DNA of 64,000 bases from Raillietiella orientalis (Eukaryota): the NCBI GenBank assembly GCA_036172245.1, contig JAYWIR010000013.1, positions 1,922,001-1,986,000 on the forward strand, read 5' to 3'. The notes under the pieces are model-generated. The model made no database searches. It saw nothing but the letters and a program-made list of their open reading frames with translations, and had not been told where the DNA came from. Every line of letters starts with the position of its first letter. The first letter of the stretch is position 1. A program made the translations under genes and the position numbers. Shown here piece by piece: positions 13,975 to 26,877 of the stretch.

Positions 13975-14520
13975 AATGGCCTGGGAAGAGCTGCCCAGCA
14001 TTCCTCCGGAGGAGTTGAAGTGGTCTTCGGTGTGCTGGAACATTGGCACCCCCCTCCCCTTCAATTGGCAGGAGTCAGCGTTGCTGGTGTTGCATGGGGG
14101 AATCCCATGCAAAGCGCGCCTTCGCCGCTGGACACGTGAGGGAGGGGAGCGTGGACGCTCAGTGCTGGAAGGAGATCCTCCCACACCTGATGTTGGACTG
14201 TGCTGCTCTCCGACCCCCTTTCTGGGATTGTTTCGCGAAGATCCTAGAAATTCCGGCGGGCGGCCCCATTGACGTTTTGAAACGCCTCTTCGCGCGCGGT
14301 GCCGCACTGCCTCCACCCGCAACCCTCGCAGTTCTCTTCAGTCCATTCTGCGGGGAGGTGGTGGCCCGGAACGCGGGAAAAAGAATGGCAGGGACGCCAT
14401 CCACTAGGCGAGAATCTTCCTGAGGACCTCCTTGAGATGGTCCCACCTGGGCGCTATCCGTACGGAACGTGCCAGCGTCCTGGACAGGATGCAGAAGACG
14501 CCGGGCAGAGTACCGTGATC
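13975..14520 (+). mobile_element. Decayed L1/Tx1-clade LINE 3' end (zf-RVT/CCHC region plus tail)
   Basis: Frameshifted LPFNWQESALLVLHGGIPCKARLRRW...QCWKEILPHLMLDCAALRPPFW resembles the ORF2 C-terminal zinc-binding region. The tail ccttgagatgg-cccacct...acagga-gc-gaagac-cc recurs at 58390-58470. Confidence 0.6.
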
Positions 14521-15244
14521 CCTTCCTCATTCCCCCCCCTCCCCGTGTAAAAATCCACCTCCCCTGTTTTGTTTATTTTTTGTGTTTTGTTTTCCCTTCC
14601 CCCACGCTGCCGAAGTGGACCTCGCCGGTCTGCGCCCGGTCTTCGGCAGGTTCCTTGCGCGTGGTAGAACCAACGGTTTACCTTTAAGTAATCAGTGCCC
14701 CGAGATAATCGGATGAGAGTCGTGACAACGTGGCTGCTCATGTCTCGGGAAGATTCCCGAGAACAGTCTGCATCCAATCTGAGCACGCCATTGCATGGCA
14801 CGTGAGACGCAGGAAGCAGCTCTCGGAGCACGGGGGAAACGGAGCACACGAGAGATGAAACCGCATGCACAGCGCTGCAGCAGAGCAGCTTCCTGCATCA
14901 CTGTGCGCATCTCTTGCTCAAGAAAATGCTCCCTCCGCCCGCTGAACGACAATTAACTGAGCATGGAGACAGAGGAGTCCTTCCTTCCCCTTTCGAATGC
15001 TCCGTTTTCCCGGGTTTTGGAAAATCCGCAGCGACAGGCAGCATCTTTGTTTCCAAGCATCTCGCTCCGTGTAGCCGATGCCGGATGAACCGGCCCTGGA
15101 AACGCGTGGCGCTCGAGCGTCGAGCTCATCACACCCGATCGCCGGGACGGAACCGTTCTTGCCTTCCGGCGCAACGCCTCTGGAGGGTGGCAGGTTCCTC
15201 AGCTTCCGGCGAGTAGGAGGATCGCGACAGCGCACACGGAAGAG

Positions 15245-15699
15245 TGTGGGCGCAAAGTCGGCCGGAGCCGCCGGCGGCGCGGATCTCGGTGATGATTGCA
15301 AATACTTTGGCGAGATCCTGGAGGTCCGACGTGGAGGAGGGTTCCATGAGAACTGTCAATCGACTCCAAGTCCCCGGAGAAGTCTTTCGGAAGTCTCTGC
15401 GCACCCGGGACTTCCCGTTGACGAAGATCCTCTCCGTAGATGTCAGAGTTCCTGGAAGAGAAGAGACGGACAGGCGCTCCTCTGAATACGTCCAAAACAT
15501 TCACCAGAGTGCTTTTCCTGGTCCCGATGTGTCCCAGCATGGCGGTCAGCTGGTCAGACAGCACCTGGCCATAAACGTCCTTGAGGATCGCCTTCTCTTT
15601 CCTCTTCCCGGTCTCCATCAACGAGGACAGGCGGGAGAAGTGGATGTCGCGCGCTCCTGGCGCACCTGGGCACGTTCCAGATCTGGGAACTGTGCCTGT
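15245..15699 (-). pseudogene. Degenerate ABCG1/ABCG4-like (white family) ABC transporter nucleotide-binding-domain fragment
   Basis: RDIHFSRLSSLMETGKRKEKAILKDVYGQVLSDQLTAMLGHIGTRKSTLVNVLDVFR matches the start of an ABCG NBD, with Walker A decayed to GHIGTRKS. A 30-nt intron remnant lacking GT follows (15481-15452), then RNSDIYGE, a +1 frameshift and IFVNGKSRVRRDFRKTS. No Q-loop, LSGG signature or TM domain follows. Confidence 0.82.
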
Positions 15700-17529
15700 C
15701 TAGGAGTGCCTCTGGTACTGCCTGTGGAAGGGACGTCTTCCCGGAGAAGCAGCTCGTGGAATTCCCATTGCTGACTGCATCGGGAGTACCAGGGCTCAGG
15801 GCGCGACGTGGACTTTGTGGGAGCCAGAAGGGGACTCGGGTTAGGAGCGTGCAGCGGCCCCACGAGGGGACGGACAGCAGCTGTACGGGTCCTTGGCTGG
15901 CTCCTCGATAAGAGGGCGTGTGCAGCCGACGCATCGTGAGTTGCCTCACTCACGAATATGGTCGCCCAGTGACCAGCAGGTGGGAGCAGAGCAGTGTGCC
16001 TCAGGGTGACGTGCCGTACTTGAACTTGACCCCGATCCAGCAGGCGGCGTCGAGCTTGCGTTGCGGGGAGCGGTTCTGAAAGCTCGCAGGTTCCGGCGGT
16101 TTCGCGCGCCGCTCGTCTCTGGACGTCGGACACGTTCGTCGCTCGAAACGGAGAGGCGGTTTCCTTTCTCGAACTCCGTCGGAGAGAAACGAAGTCTTCA
16201 GACGGCCGGGGAGAACACGGGGATTTCGTGAAGTCGTGCGGACCTGGCCGGAAACCAATTCTTCACCGAGGGCTTCCGAAGCGAAAGGCGCAAAGGATTT
16301 CGAGGAAACTGGCTCAGGAGTTGCGGAGATTGCTTTTCCAAAAGAAGTTGGGAATTCTATTTTGAAAGGCACACGGAGATGTCTGTATCCTCCCATTCTC
16401 TCTCGCTTTCTAAAATTATGAAGTTTCCAAAGCACACGCCAAAGAACGGAGGACCAGATTTCTCTGTAGGAGCGGAGGAGGGCAGGGTGCGTGTGTTTGT
16501 TGGTTCTCTCTCTCTCCCTTTTTTTTTTTTAAAGAAAAGATAAAAAAAGCACCCTGTAAAGAGAACGAGTACATGGATAGAATTGCAATTTTTCATCCTG
16601 CACTCCAGCTCATGATTCATCGCAACACCTGGAATTCCACCAGTATGAGCACCGCCATTAGGCTCCGTGTACGAACATCGTTTCCCAAGAAAATCAGAGG
16701 CACCCTATTTTTCAAGCGCCCACGATCTTCCTTCCATTCCTTATCGAGCGCAGTCTTTACTGGCTCGCGAGCAGCGTTCTATGCGCGCAGATAAACTTCC
16801 TCGCACCTGCAGATCTCTTTCCAACGGATTCGGAGCATCGTGTTTTCAGGAGCACGGATCTACCGAGCACTCACTACCGCGTGCACACAGAGCCGAGAAC
16901 ACTCAACGGAGTGGAGAGCAGACGTCAGAACCAGCTCGGCGCGACACCAGTCATCAGTTCGAGCAGCAGCCGCAAGACAGATGCGTGTCCCAACAAGTTT
17001 GTCCCGGTTTTATCGACCCCAAAGGTGGGATACGCAAAGGTCTTGAGAATATTCTGCTCTTAGGGCAACTTTATCTTTTTTAATTTACCAGTCTTCTCGT
17101 CCATCCATCACACGCACCTTTACTCATCCATCATTCAATGTGCGGTCACGGTCTGCAGTTGCTGCCTTAGTTGAGGTCATCTGCTCATCCGAATGTCTAC
17201 TCATCCGGCTGAATTATCTCCCATTTTATCGTGAATTTTTTTTCCCGGTTGCTTCTCCAGTGGTGATGCAGTTTCTTGCGAATCCTTTGTACAGAAATTC
17301 GTACTGGACTCTGAATCGACCTGCTGTAAAAAAAAAAAAAAAAAAAAAAAAACCCTACTCTCGAAGCCTTTTCTGGGGTAAAATTCTTGCTTGTGTCAAT
17401 GCTCCCGTGTTTTCAATGGTTCCATTTATATTAATAAATCATGAGGCGAGCTTCCCTAATGGTAGTCGCGGGTGCCGTTTCTTTCCATTTTATTTTGCTT
17501 TTTGTTTCCTCCTCAGCTTCCTCGGGTCA

Positions 17530-18000
17530 CCATAGCACCCGGGTCCACTTTCCCCGAATCCTTGCTCGGCTAAACACATTCTCATGCAGAATCTCCTTGC
17601 CTGTCCTCCTCCAAAATAAAGGAAACGCGTCGATCCGACTCGCCTTTTCGCAGGGACGTTGGAGACGAACCTTTCTTGAGCATGTCACGCTCAGTCCGAG
17701 CGTCTTCCTTTCCATCTATTTCTGCTTAGACCAGAGGCACCCCTGCTTTTGGACTTCCCAAACTCCTCTGAGTTGGATGTTGCGACGCTGCTGCCCACAC
17801 ATCCGGTGGCAGCTATCGCAGTCTTCATGTGTTCTCCCCTCCCCCCCCCCCTCCTTCCCTCGCCGCCACAGCGCAGCCCGTTTTCCTTCTAGAGGGATTC
17901 TCTCCTTGCGCGCAGAGCTGTGGGGCAAAAAGGCAGAGGACGTGTACCTTGGAAAACCATCGCTTTCAAGTGGTCTCCCTCAGGACACGACATCCTTTTG
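17530..18000 (-). mobile_element. Possible decayed LINE apurinic endonuclease fragment
   Basis: KASRIDAF matches the SRID motif of APE domains; the flanks are decayed. Confidence 0.3.
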
Positions 18001-18799
18001 ATCTTCTCGGGGAATTCGCCGTATTCTTTACGTGACGCAGCAGAAGAGGTGCGGCTCCGTCCCTGTTGCACGGCGTGCTCCTGGCCTACGAACGCGATCC
18101 CCCCCCGCTCTCTTGCAATCCATCGCTAAATTTAGCTCTCGGCCACGGATGAAGTGCCAAGCAACAATGCCGTGCAAAAGGCATCTTTGATTGGCCGCCT
18201 GCACAGCCATCTTCTTTGCAGAGCAGGAAGCCTCCCCCCCCCCTCTCTCGTCGCGCGGAGGAACACACGCAGCACCTGCATCCACGTCCCGTGGAGGTGC
18301 TACGGTGGTGCACAGGAACAGCATTCCGGCAGGTGGATCAGAAGACCCCACGCATTAGCATTCGCGCGACTCTTTATTTCGAAGGCATCTGGGAACCCCC
18401 CTCCCCCCCCCTTCCCTCCTTCTTTGTCTTTCCTCTTTCCCGCTCCCTCATTTGCGTTCGGCAGCGGAGTAGCCAGCTTCCCTCAGCCACTCCGAACTGT
18501 GGAAATTCCCTTCACACCTGACTTATCCACGGAGGTTAGGTCACTTTCCTTCGGGTCCATGTGAGAAGCGCTGCTCACAGTCCTCGCGTCTACAACTCGC
18601 CGACGCCGCCTTATCATGCTTGCCAAGTACACGCGACAAAAATGAGATTCCAAGCGAAAGACTTCGAAAACACCACAAGATTAACACTGGAAACTCACGT
18701 CGACTTATCAGTTATCATCTTTTTCACGCATGGTGCGGAACTTGTCGCCGTGGAAGAAATAAAGATGAAACATGAAGTTTTTCTTCACACGTGAAGTCC

Positions 18800-20150
18800 G
18801 ATCAGAAGTTTCCGATCGAATTACCCCGATGAATGTAAAGTTTTTACAGCGTATGTTGGGCACCACATGTTGCTTCAGAACGTGCGTGTCTTCAGCGCTG
18901 GCGGTGCCTCGGGTGGACCAAACCTCCTCTTTCAAAAATTGACTCTCGTTCGAACTTCTTTCTGTGTAAGTGAATCCAGAAACGGCCTCCATCAATCAGT
19001 CCAGCTGGGTCTCCGCAGCCAAAAATGTGTGAAGATGCGCATTCGTGTTTACACACAAACGCTCCACCAAGGCCGTTTTTTTTTTTTTCTTTTCCGCTTC
19101 TGATTTACATTTTGTTTGTCTGTCAAGAGTTTCATCACCGCTGCCGACTACTTAGTAGGGCAATCGAAGCATCTCAGAGAACAGCGAAACAGAGGAACCC
19201 AAAAGGATTTCCATTATCCTGTCCCCGTGAAGTCGCTACTGGCCTTTTTTTTTCTCTTTCCTTTTTTAAAAAAAGAGGAAGTCATCAGATGAATTTTTAC
19301 GCGCACACTCTTTTGTTTGGCTTCGCTTACTGAGCAGAAGAACCAAACAGCAGTGTGAGAGCATCGAATGGAGCGAAAGTGCTGTTGCAATCTTTAAGCG
19401 ATTTCTTGTTGAAAATAATCATCGCGTAGGATCTGGCAACCAGTGTGAAGGAGATGTGGGTACACAGTGCTTGTTTATTTATGTGTTTTATTCGACCCGA
19501 GATCCAGCAGGTCAATCACTAACCAAGTCAGGAAGCTTGTAGTTCAGAAACGGCATGCATAGACTCTGAAAGAGCCAAAGTCCTCGATTCGAATGCTATA
19601 AAGTTCTTCTGGGGGATAAAAGTTTCTCAGCATGCGGTCTCAGATGAGTTTGGAAGTCCGAGTGTGGATGAGAATTAAGAAGCTGCGGTCCACCGCACCG
19701 AGGCTAGCAGCTCGATTCACGGAATTGTCCTATCCATTAGATCTTTGAGGTTGGGGAGTTTCCTTTTTTTGTTTTTTTTTTTTACTTCTGTTGGAGGTAA
19801 GTGCAAGGTATGAGATTTTCATGGAGTCCAGGATTTGTGAAGGGGCTGTAGGACTGTGTCCGTTGGCAGGCAAGATTATGGCAACGCTCGCTATCGCTCT
19901 TTAAGTGTTATTGGATGGTGTTTGAGTGATCGTGTTTCCATTGTTAATGATGCTGGTTGGGTGTAGGGATAAGATTTTGGCAGCGGTGCCTTGGGATGTA
20001 GTGCGCTTTTGTGAATGACGAGGTGGCCAAATTCGGGAGTAGGTAGATGGAAGGGTCAGATATCGCACGTTTCCGTCTCATGAGGTTGTTGGGTCAAGCA
20101 GGCAACTTTGAAGACAGGTCGCTTTGTTCAAGTGGTCGTCGAATACATAT
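18800..20150 (-). mobile_element. Highly decayed LINE RT fragment
   Basis: Scattered remnants appear in the expected order on the minus strand: TAAKILS (cf. DYKILxK), LDSMK (cf. LDFEKAFD), PEELYSIRIE (cf. SPLLFxIxIE). Many stops and strong strand skew. Confidence 0.35.
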
Positions 20151-20299
20151 GGCATGCGTAGCATTTAAATAATATATCGAACCTTGATATGAATACGACG
20201 GGATTCCTTTTGTGCCAGAAGGCATTTTATTTCGATTTACAGCTTTTCAGATGCTTCTGGGAAGATGGATTTGTACACGGCTGTGCCAGAAACAGTTCT

Positions 20300-23200
20300 C
20301 TAGGCTTTGATGTAGATCTGTTTGTAAGTTTCCAGCAATCGAATATCCTTCTCTAGCAGTTCCAGCTGTTGCTCCAGCCTGCGACGACGCTCGAGTTTGG
20401 ACACCGTGTCTGTGACGAGAGAAAGAGTTTGGTACTTGGAATGGATTTCCTCCCATTTCTTCTTGAGACCCTGGAAATCGTTCGCAAAAGGCCTTTGCTA
20501 ATGAGGAAATTCGTGAGGCATCACCAGTAATATCTCGCAGCGTTCTTCCTCTTCTAGAAGTGTCAACTGGTCTGCATCGGTCTCCACCTTAGAGGCGGTC
20601 GACTTTTCATCCGTCCTCTCTTGCAAGAGCAGCTGCTTGTGCTTTTGCAGATACCTGGGGACTTTCCCGAAATCCTGAAAGCAGAGAAGTGCTGGAGCAG
20701 AGCTGCTACTCGCTTTCATGTCACGCAACGAAAGTGACCCCGATCTCGTTTCGAGCATCCCTGGAATTCCACCCTAGGCGGATTCGACTCTCATCATCCT
20801 CTCGTGTATCAAAGGAAAAGCTGCAGCAGGCGTCTTTGCAGAGAGCTTCCTCGGGCGTGCAAAGCAAATTTTCCCGCTCTTTTGGCGAGGTCTTTCGCCC
20901 GCGACCCGAAAGAAGTCTCGGTGAAGAAAACACGGCGTGCCGAAGAGGTGCCCCCCAAAGTCCAGAGAGACTGGATCTGCTTGCTTCGAGGTTTATTTTT
21001 TAGATTTCGCGACGATGGGCGAATTTCGGGCTGGAGAAAGAGGAGGGGGGGAAGGGAGGGGTCCTGGACACCACTCTTCAAAAATGAAACGAGAGGGTGA
21101 GAAATCTTTCCGGAATGCAGCCGCCCGCGCCGAAGAAGCGTTCGAGCGGAGAAGGAAGCGAACGCAGGCAAGAAGGCGCTAGGTGCTGGTCGTGCGTCCG
21201 CGACTTCTCTTGCTGCTGCAAGCAACAGGCAGACGCGGCGGCTCGGGGAACATGAATTGTGGACGCCAACACTTTCCGTGGGAACGTGGATTCCCTCCGC
21301 CGGAGACGGGAGCAACGAAAAGGCCGCGGGTTTCTGGATGACGGAAAAATCCGGGACACCCTCTTCTTGACGATCTTCAGAAGCGAGGAGGCTCGAAATT
21401 CCTGGTGGAACCGTCCCATAACAATAAATTTACAGGAACGGGGGGGGGAGGAGGGAGAGGGTCCCTTTACCTATCCATGTGCTGTTCGATTTCCCAGAAA
21501 CTCCCCAGAGAATGCTCCGATGCACGTGACTGCTGTACGTCCCTTCGCATTTCATTTTCTGAGAAGTGAGAAGCTCAGGATGCTTTTTTTTTTTCCTGTT
21601 AGGGAGAGCGCCGAAGGGGAAAAGGCCAGGAATGTCCGGCGAGTGCCTCTGGACCTCAAGATGGCAGCAAAAAAAGAACCCAAGTTTTTTGTGCGGGGTG
21701 TGTGAGTCCATATTTTGGGAATTCTAACAGATTGGACGTGTGCCTAGCGTGGCAGATGCAATGTTCTCAAGGTGCAAGGGAACGGGAAGGTGGCACAGCG
21801 GTGTCGCGTCGCGTGAGGGCACGCTGGGTGTAACGAGAAGGGTGGCTGCTGCGGCGGACTTCTACGGAATTCCCGCACGACGGCGATCGCGAAATGGCCA
21901 CAGGCCTTTACAACGCCCTGGCGTGTTGAAGTGCATTAGCGTTCCAACACTTCCTCGGCATTTTCCGTACACGAATTCCAGGTATGGCTGATTCCATATC
22001 AAAAATTTAGATGATGACCGTCCAGAGGGATCCGCGCAAGACGGGAGGAGGGCTTCGCGTCCTGGATCGAGCGTCACCATCATCAACGATCCCGCCCAAG
22101 AAGACGTGGAATGGTGACGACGATGACGGTGAAGGAGGGAGAGGGTCGACGGGAAGGAGATTCGAACGGGACGGTGCGGAGGAGAGAAGGGACTTCTCGT
22201 TCCTTCGGAAGTGTTAGTTCCAGCGAAAGCGCCCATTGTTGCCTTGGCTACGCCCATCGCACGCATCACGATGGTTTATGCAGTTCTATTCATTTATTGC
22301 GGAAGGCGAGCGCGATTCATTGAAGATCCTTTTAGGACCCGTGGATTCCCCGATTCGTCCTTGTTCCAAAAAGAAACCTGAAAGGAACCAACTGCATGGA
22401 GTGGAGGGGAAACAGGAAGGTTGGGCTCTCCAGCATCCCATCTTTCCACGTCAATTGGTCTTTCCGGTGAGCGAGGAAGAAGAAGCGCTCGCTCCGGGAC
22501 GGATGCGATGACCGCGTACCACATGACGGGTAGCAACGCAGACTCGCATCCGTGCTCGCAGGGGACGAAGACGTACGCGTGCTGTTGGTATCCAGCAGAA
22601 CGCTCGACCGTCCTTCGTGCACCTCGCCTTCGCCTACGACCACGTCGGCTTGTTCTCTTTCGTCGGCACAAGCGAACCGGACGTCTCAGAAAACCGTGCA
22701 ACGGGCCCGAAAGCCGCCTCTCCCGTGGAGACGCACCCAGCGTCAGGAAGCGCTCGCGCGCGTCATCTCACCCATCACCCCCCTCCCCTCCCCAATTCCG
22801 GAGCATTCGAGGAAGCAGCCATTTTGCCCACCTGCTCCACAACCAATTAGAGGGGATCTTCTGCGTACCACTCTCTGATCCACCTCCGACAGACAGAAGA
22901 TCGTCGGGATTTTTTCGGGATTCCCTCACGCCTTGAACTTCCCAAACCTGTCTTCCCGATTTCACTTTTTCTTTGCCGGAGGGACACTCTTTTAGCCCCC
23001 ATTTCATCGCAGACGCCTGGCGACTCCCCCGTTCCCGTCCCAACTGCCGTCCATCCGGCCAAGCGCCACCCGTGCACGTGCGTCCTGCACGCTCCGCATT
23101 TCTCCTCTTCGTGACGCTGAGTGCTCAAGAGCCGTTCTCGCCTAGGGGCTCGCGAAGCTCTTTGACACCGTCCGCGCCACCAGGGGGCGCGCGTGTCGAC

Positions 23201-26200
23201 TCTTGAAGTGATGGAGGGGGGGGGGGTCCTCGGTAGGGGACCATGTCATGAATTCAGGAAGAGCTCCGGGGGAGGAAGGAGTCCATTCCTCTCTTAAGCT
23301 CGGGAGGGGGACCGAAAGGTTGTCTCCGAAGGCAACCCCAAAGGGACGCTTCCCGATTTTTCCCTAAAGAGCCGCTTCCCGAAGGGAACCGGGTCGCCCT
23401 ACAATCCCGAAGGCCGATCAACGGGGGAGTCCACCAGTGCCGCCGCACCCGAAGGTGTGGCACGTTCCTCCCGCGGCCCTAGCCCCCATCCCTCGAATTC
23501 CGCCAAAAACTATCAAATATGCAGCGTTCGGTGCGAAGAGCTCTCTGATTCCAGGAAATCATTGTAAAACCTCGCAAAAGAGCGCAAAAAATCCTCCGGG
23601 CAAAGCGGTTCCCAAGGCACCCAGATTCTTCCTTCACAACGAGCACAAAAACCCGGTGCCACGCAACCGCATGAATAATGACCGAGATCTGAAATCCTCC
23701 ACCACCAGCTAAACTGCTTCCTGGAGCTCGGCTATAGTCGCTCCTAAGCGGACAATAAATCCATCCGGGGCAGCGGGACCTGCGAATGTTCCAGACTGGA
23801 AACCCACGTGCTGTGTGCCCAAGCCACCTCTGCTTAATGCGCGGAAAATTCGAGAGGTAATCGATAAGCACCCAGTAATAACCACAGCGCTCATGAATAA
23901 TCTATCCAGCGCCTTCTGGATCCGCGCTTCTGCCTTCCTATTTCGGATTCCGCCAAAACAACCATCGCGCATACCTTGCAGGGAACCGTTTAATCCCTAA
24001 CGAACGACTTACAACTCCCAGCTCCTCGTTTGAGCCATCGACAACTAGGATGCCGACACTGTCCTAAGAATCCTGTGGCACTTCTCTTTCCGCTGCTTCC
24101 CACTCGTAATGCGCACCTTAAGCAGCAACAACACTCCCGACAGGGACCACCAGCCGAACCGACCTCATAGACCACTGCAACACCGGTAACCTGATACTCA
24201 AAGGCGGGAACCAACCTGCCCTTAACTTGTATGCGCCCAAGCGATGGGAGTCAAACACAGAGCGTTGTCCTTCGCTGGGCGATCTTCGTGCTGCATTCGT
24301 CTCTCCGTGAGAACCAGACTGCCGTCAAAGAATGACTTTCCCTGATTTTGGAATCGTGATGCTTGCTAAACCATGTCGAAAATAGGGAAGTTTCTTTCGG
24401 CGCACCTGCTAGGTTGCAGTTTGTACACCCAGCGGGATGGGCGATCGATGGTGGGTAGTAGCTAATTGGTAGCTAACCGACTTCCAAAAAAGGGTCGAAC
24501 TTTACAAACGCCTCCTCAGTACAATTTTTTTTTGTTGTTGTGAGTCCCGGTACGCGTGTATCCATCCCAACTTCTTGGAATCTTTTTCTACCACTATGGC
24601 TTTGCGCTAGTCCTTGTGGACCGCAGCACTCGCTTCTAATTGAACATACAATAGCGACCATGAAGCACACTTCAAGAGCAGCCATCTGGTGATAGGTGAG
24701 CTCAGTCCATTCTACTTAGCACTGGGAGACTCGCAACAGCTTCCTTGATTGTCTTCCATCCATCCATCCATCGTACGTACCTGATTGCATGTACGGTTAG
24801 TACAGAATAAGTACGCTGATAAAATTCATGGCGAAATTCAGTTCCAGGTGATGCATATCGGTGTCACTAATATGTAATTAGCTACTTCGTTAATATATAA
24901 TTCATATCACTTTAAGCTAAATTAGAACTAATTATATATGATTAATTTGTAATTAGCTGTACTTGCTGGAGCGATGGTGCACAGTTCTCGCTTAAGAATT
25001 ACAGCCAATTATGCATAGCTGTAATTCTTAAAGCGATGGGTTCGCGGTGTCTGCAGTAAGAGAAATCAAAGGGAATCATGGGTGACAAACCATTTTAGAA
25101 GCCACATCAACGAAAGAGAGAAACGGTGCAAGCCCTTCCGTTTTTCTTCTCTTGGCTCCGTTTCTTTGAGCGAAGAGTGGTCTTGCGTAAACCTCATTCA
25201 GACTTCGATTCCTCACGAACTTCTTTATATCGCATCTTTGAGAGCATCGGAACTTTTGAAAGCTCGGCGCCATAAGGAAATTTCTTTTCTTTCCTACTGC
25301 ATGGGAGGTCCTAATTTGAAGACCTGTTCTCGTAAAGTCAGCGGTTTACCCTTTCAGTGTGCGCTGTAACGAGGAAAGCGACCTGAGTGGGAGAATCCCA
25401 TCCCTCCACCTACCAAGATTCACCTGACCTGTTTCTGACAAATACAAGATTGCATTTTAAGGCGAGGACATTCCAAAGGAAAAGAGAGGTGCGAAATTTG
25501 CGAGTTACAAAGAAGAGAAGCGGAGAGATGGCCATCTCTTACGGCAAAAAAAATGTCTACCGCTTATCGTTCACAGGATGGCTCTCGAGTTTTGGTAAAC
25601 GAAGTCGATGTGCAGTTTTTTTTTTTTTTTTCTTTCTTTTACCTTTTTAAAGACATACTTTAAGCACAGTCCCGAGGGTTCCAGTTTCTGATGTGCTTCG
25701 TGTGTATTGTCTACAAATCTCAAGTTTCTGGCATACACGTGACGTTTCAAAGAAAGTTCACCTTCATCTATAAAACACTGAATCTGCAGGGTTCATCAGC
25801 AAGTTAAGAAAACTCACTAGAAGACTTGTTCCCATACTTTGGCACAGTGGGCGCTTTGGAAAATGCCTTCCTGGAAGCTTTCTTATTCGGCTTTTCCCCG
25901 TTCTCGCGCTCTTTCTCCGGAAAGAGTTCCGTGTCTTCCAGGCTGTGCACCAACTTCGATTTCGGCTTCTCTTGCTTTCGCGATACGCAAGAGTTCTTGC
26001 TCTGGATTTTCGTGGACCTCTGCCCTACGGTCCTCGCTTTCGATGCACCGCCTGCGGGATCCGAGGTTGCACGGCTGGCTTCGTGGCCACTTTCCGTGCA
26101 TCCGGGCACGGCCTGCTTGCCAGAACCCTTTGCTGACGGTTCCGGAGTCATTGCTTTTGGAGGTGCTGGTGCGCGTGGTACCCTGCTCTCGGGCTCAGCC

Positions 26201-26877
26201 TCCCCTTTTTCAGACTGGGATACACTTCCTTTGCCGTCGTGGCAACCCATCGCAAGCAGTTCTTTGGTCTCGTTCGAAACTTTGCGGTCATCTTCTTGGT
26301 TGGAGGAGTCAAGAAGGAAATTCGGGACGTTCCGAGGATCGCCATTCAATTTAACCTGTACATATTTATCAGCAAGAGACGGAGCTTTGCCTTTGTCAGA
26401 ATGCGATCCATTTTGTGGAATTCCCATCGTGCGATAGGCAGGCTTTTTCCTCCGGAATTCATCGTATATTTCTTTATGATATTTCGTTATGTATCTAGAG
26501 AGAAAAAAAAAAAGTGGCCATCATTTAATTAATCACTATGTCGAAAATTCTAGGAACACAAATCGTGCAGTGGTATTGAAGCCATTCTATACAATGCATC
26601 AAGCTAGTGAATCTACTGTACATAAACACGAAGCAAACGGCGCTCTGGGAATGAAACACAATGAGCAGTCATGTATGTCATGCAAGTTTTGAATGCGTGA
26701 AAAAAATGCCTGCTGCGAAATTCTGAATCGATTTTGTTTTTTTCTCAAAAAGAAAAAGAAAAAACTCTCGACCTCTGAATTGCTGCCAATTTAATTGATT
26801 CCTTCTATCAACCTGCATCCATCCGGTTACCTTGAAAAGCTTTTCAGGAACCGACTGCCATTGAACAAAAGTTTCAT
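20300..26877 (-). CDS. ENKUR: Enkurin (ciliary/flagellar microtubule inner protein), 5-exon model, about 382 aa
   Basis: Exons 26877-26831 (least certain), 26494-25818, 25296-25193, 20674-20525, 20470-20300, all GT-AG with compatible phases. The C-terminal enkurin domain is clear: DFGKVPRYLQKHK...LLEEEERCEILL|GLKKKWEEIHSKYQTLSLVTDTVSKLERRRRLEQQLELLEKDIRLLETYKQIYIKA*. N-terminal enkurin-like motifs RYITKYHKEIYDEFRRKKPAYRTMG, KAPTVPK and KKRNFL occur in the expected order. Confidence 0.85.
23115..23500 (-). mobile_element. SINE family A, 5'-truncated copy
   Basis: Reverse complement contains ggtggcgcggacggtgtcaaagagcttcg...cggctcttgagcactc (family 3' end). The forward strand shares ggttgtctccgaagg-aacccc-aaggga with the 49.6-49.9 kb copy. 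Confidence 0.7.
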
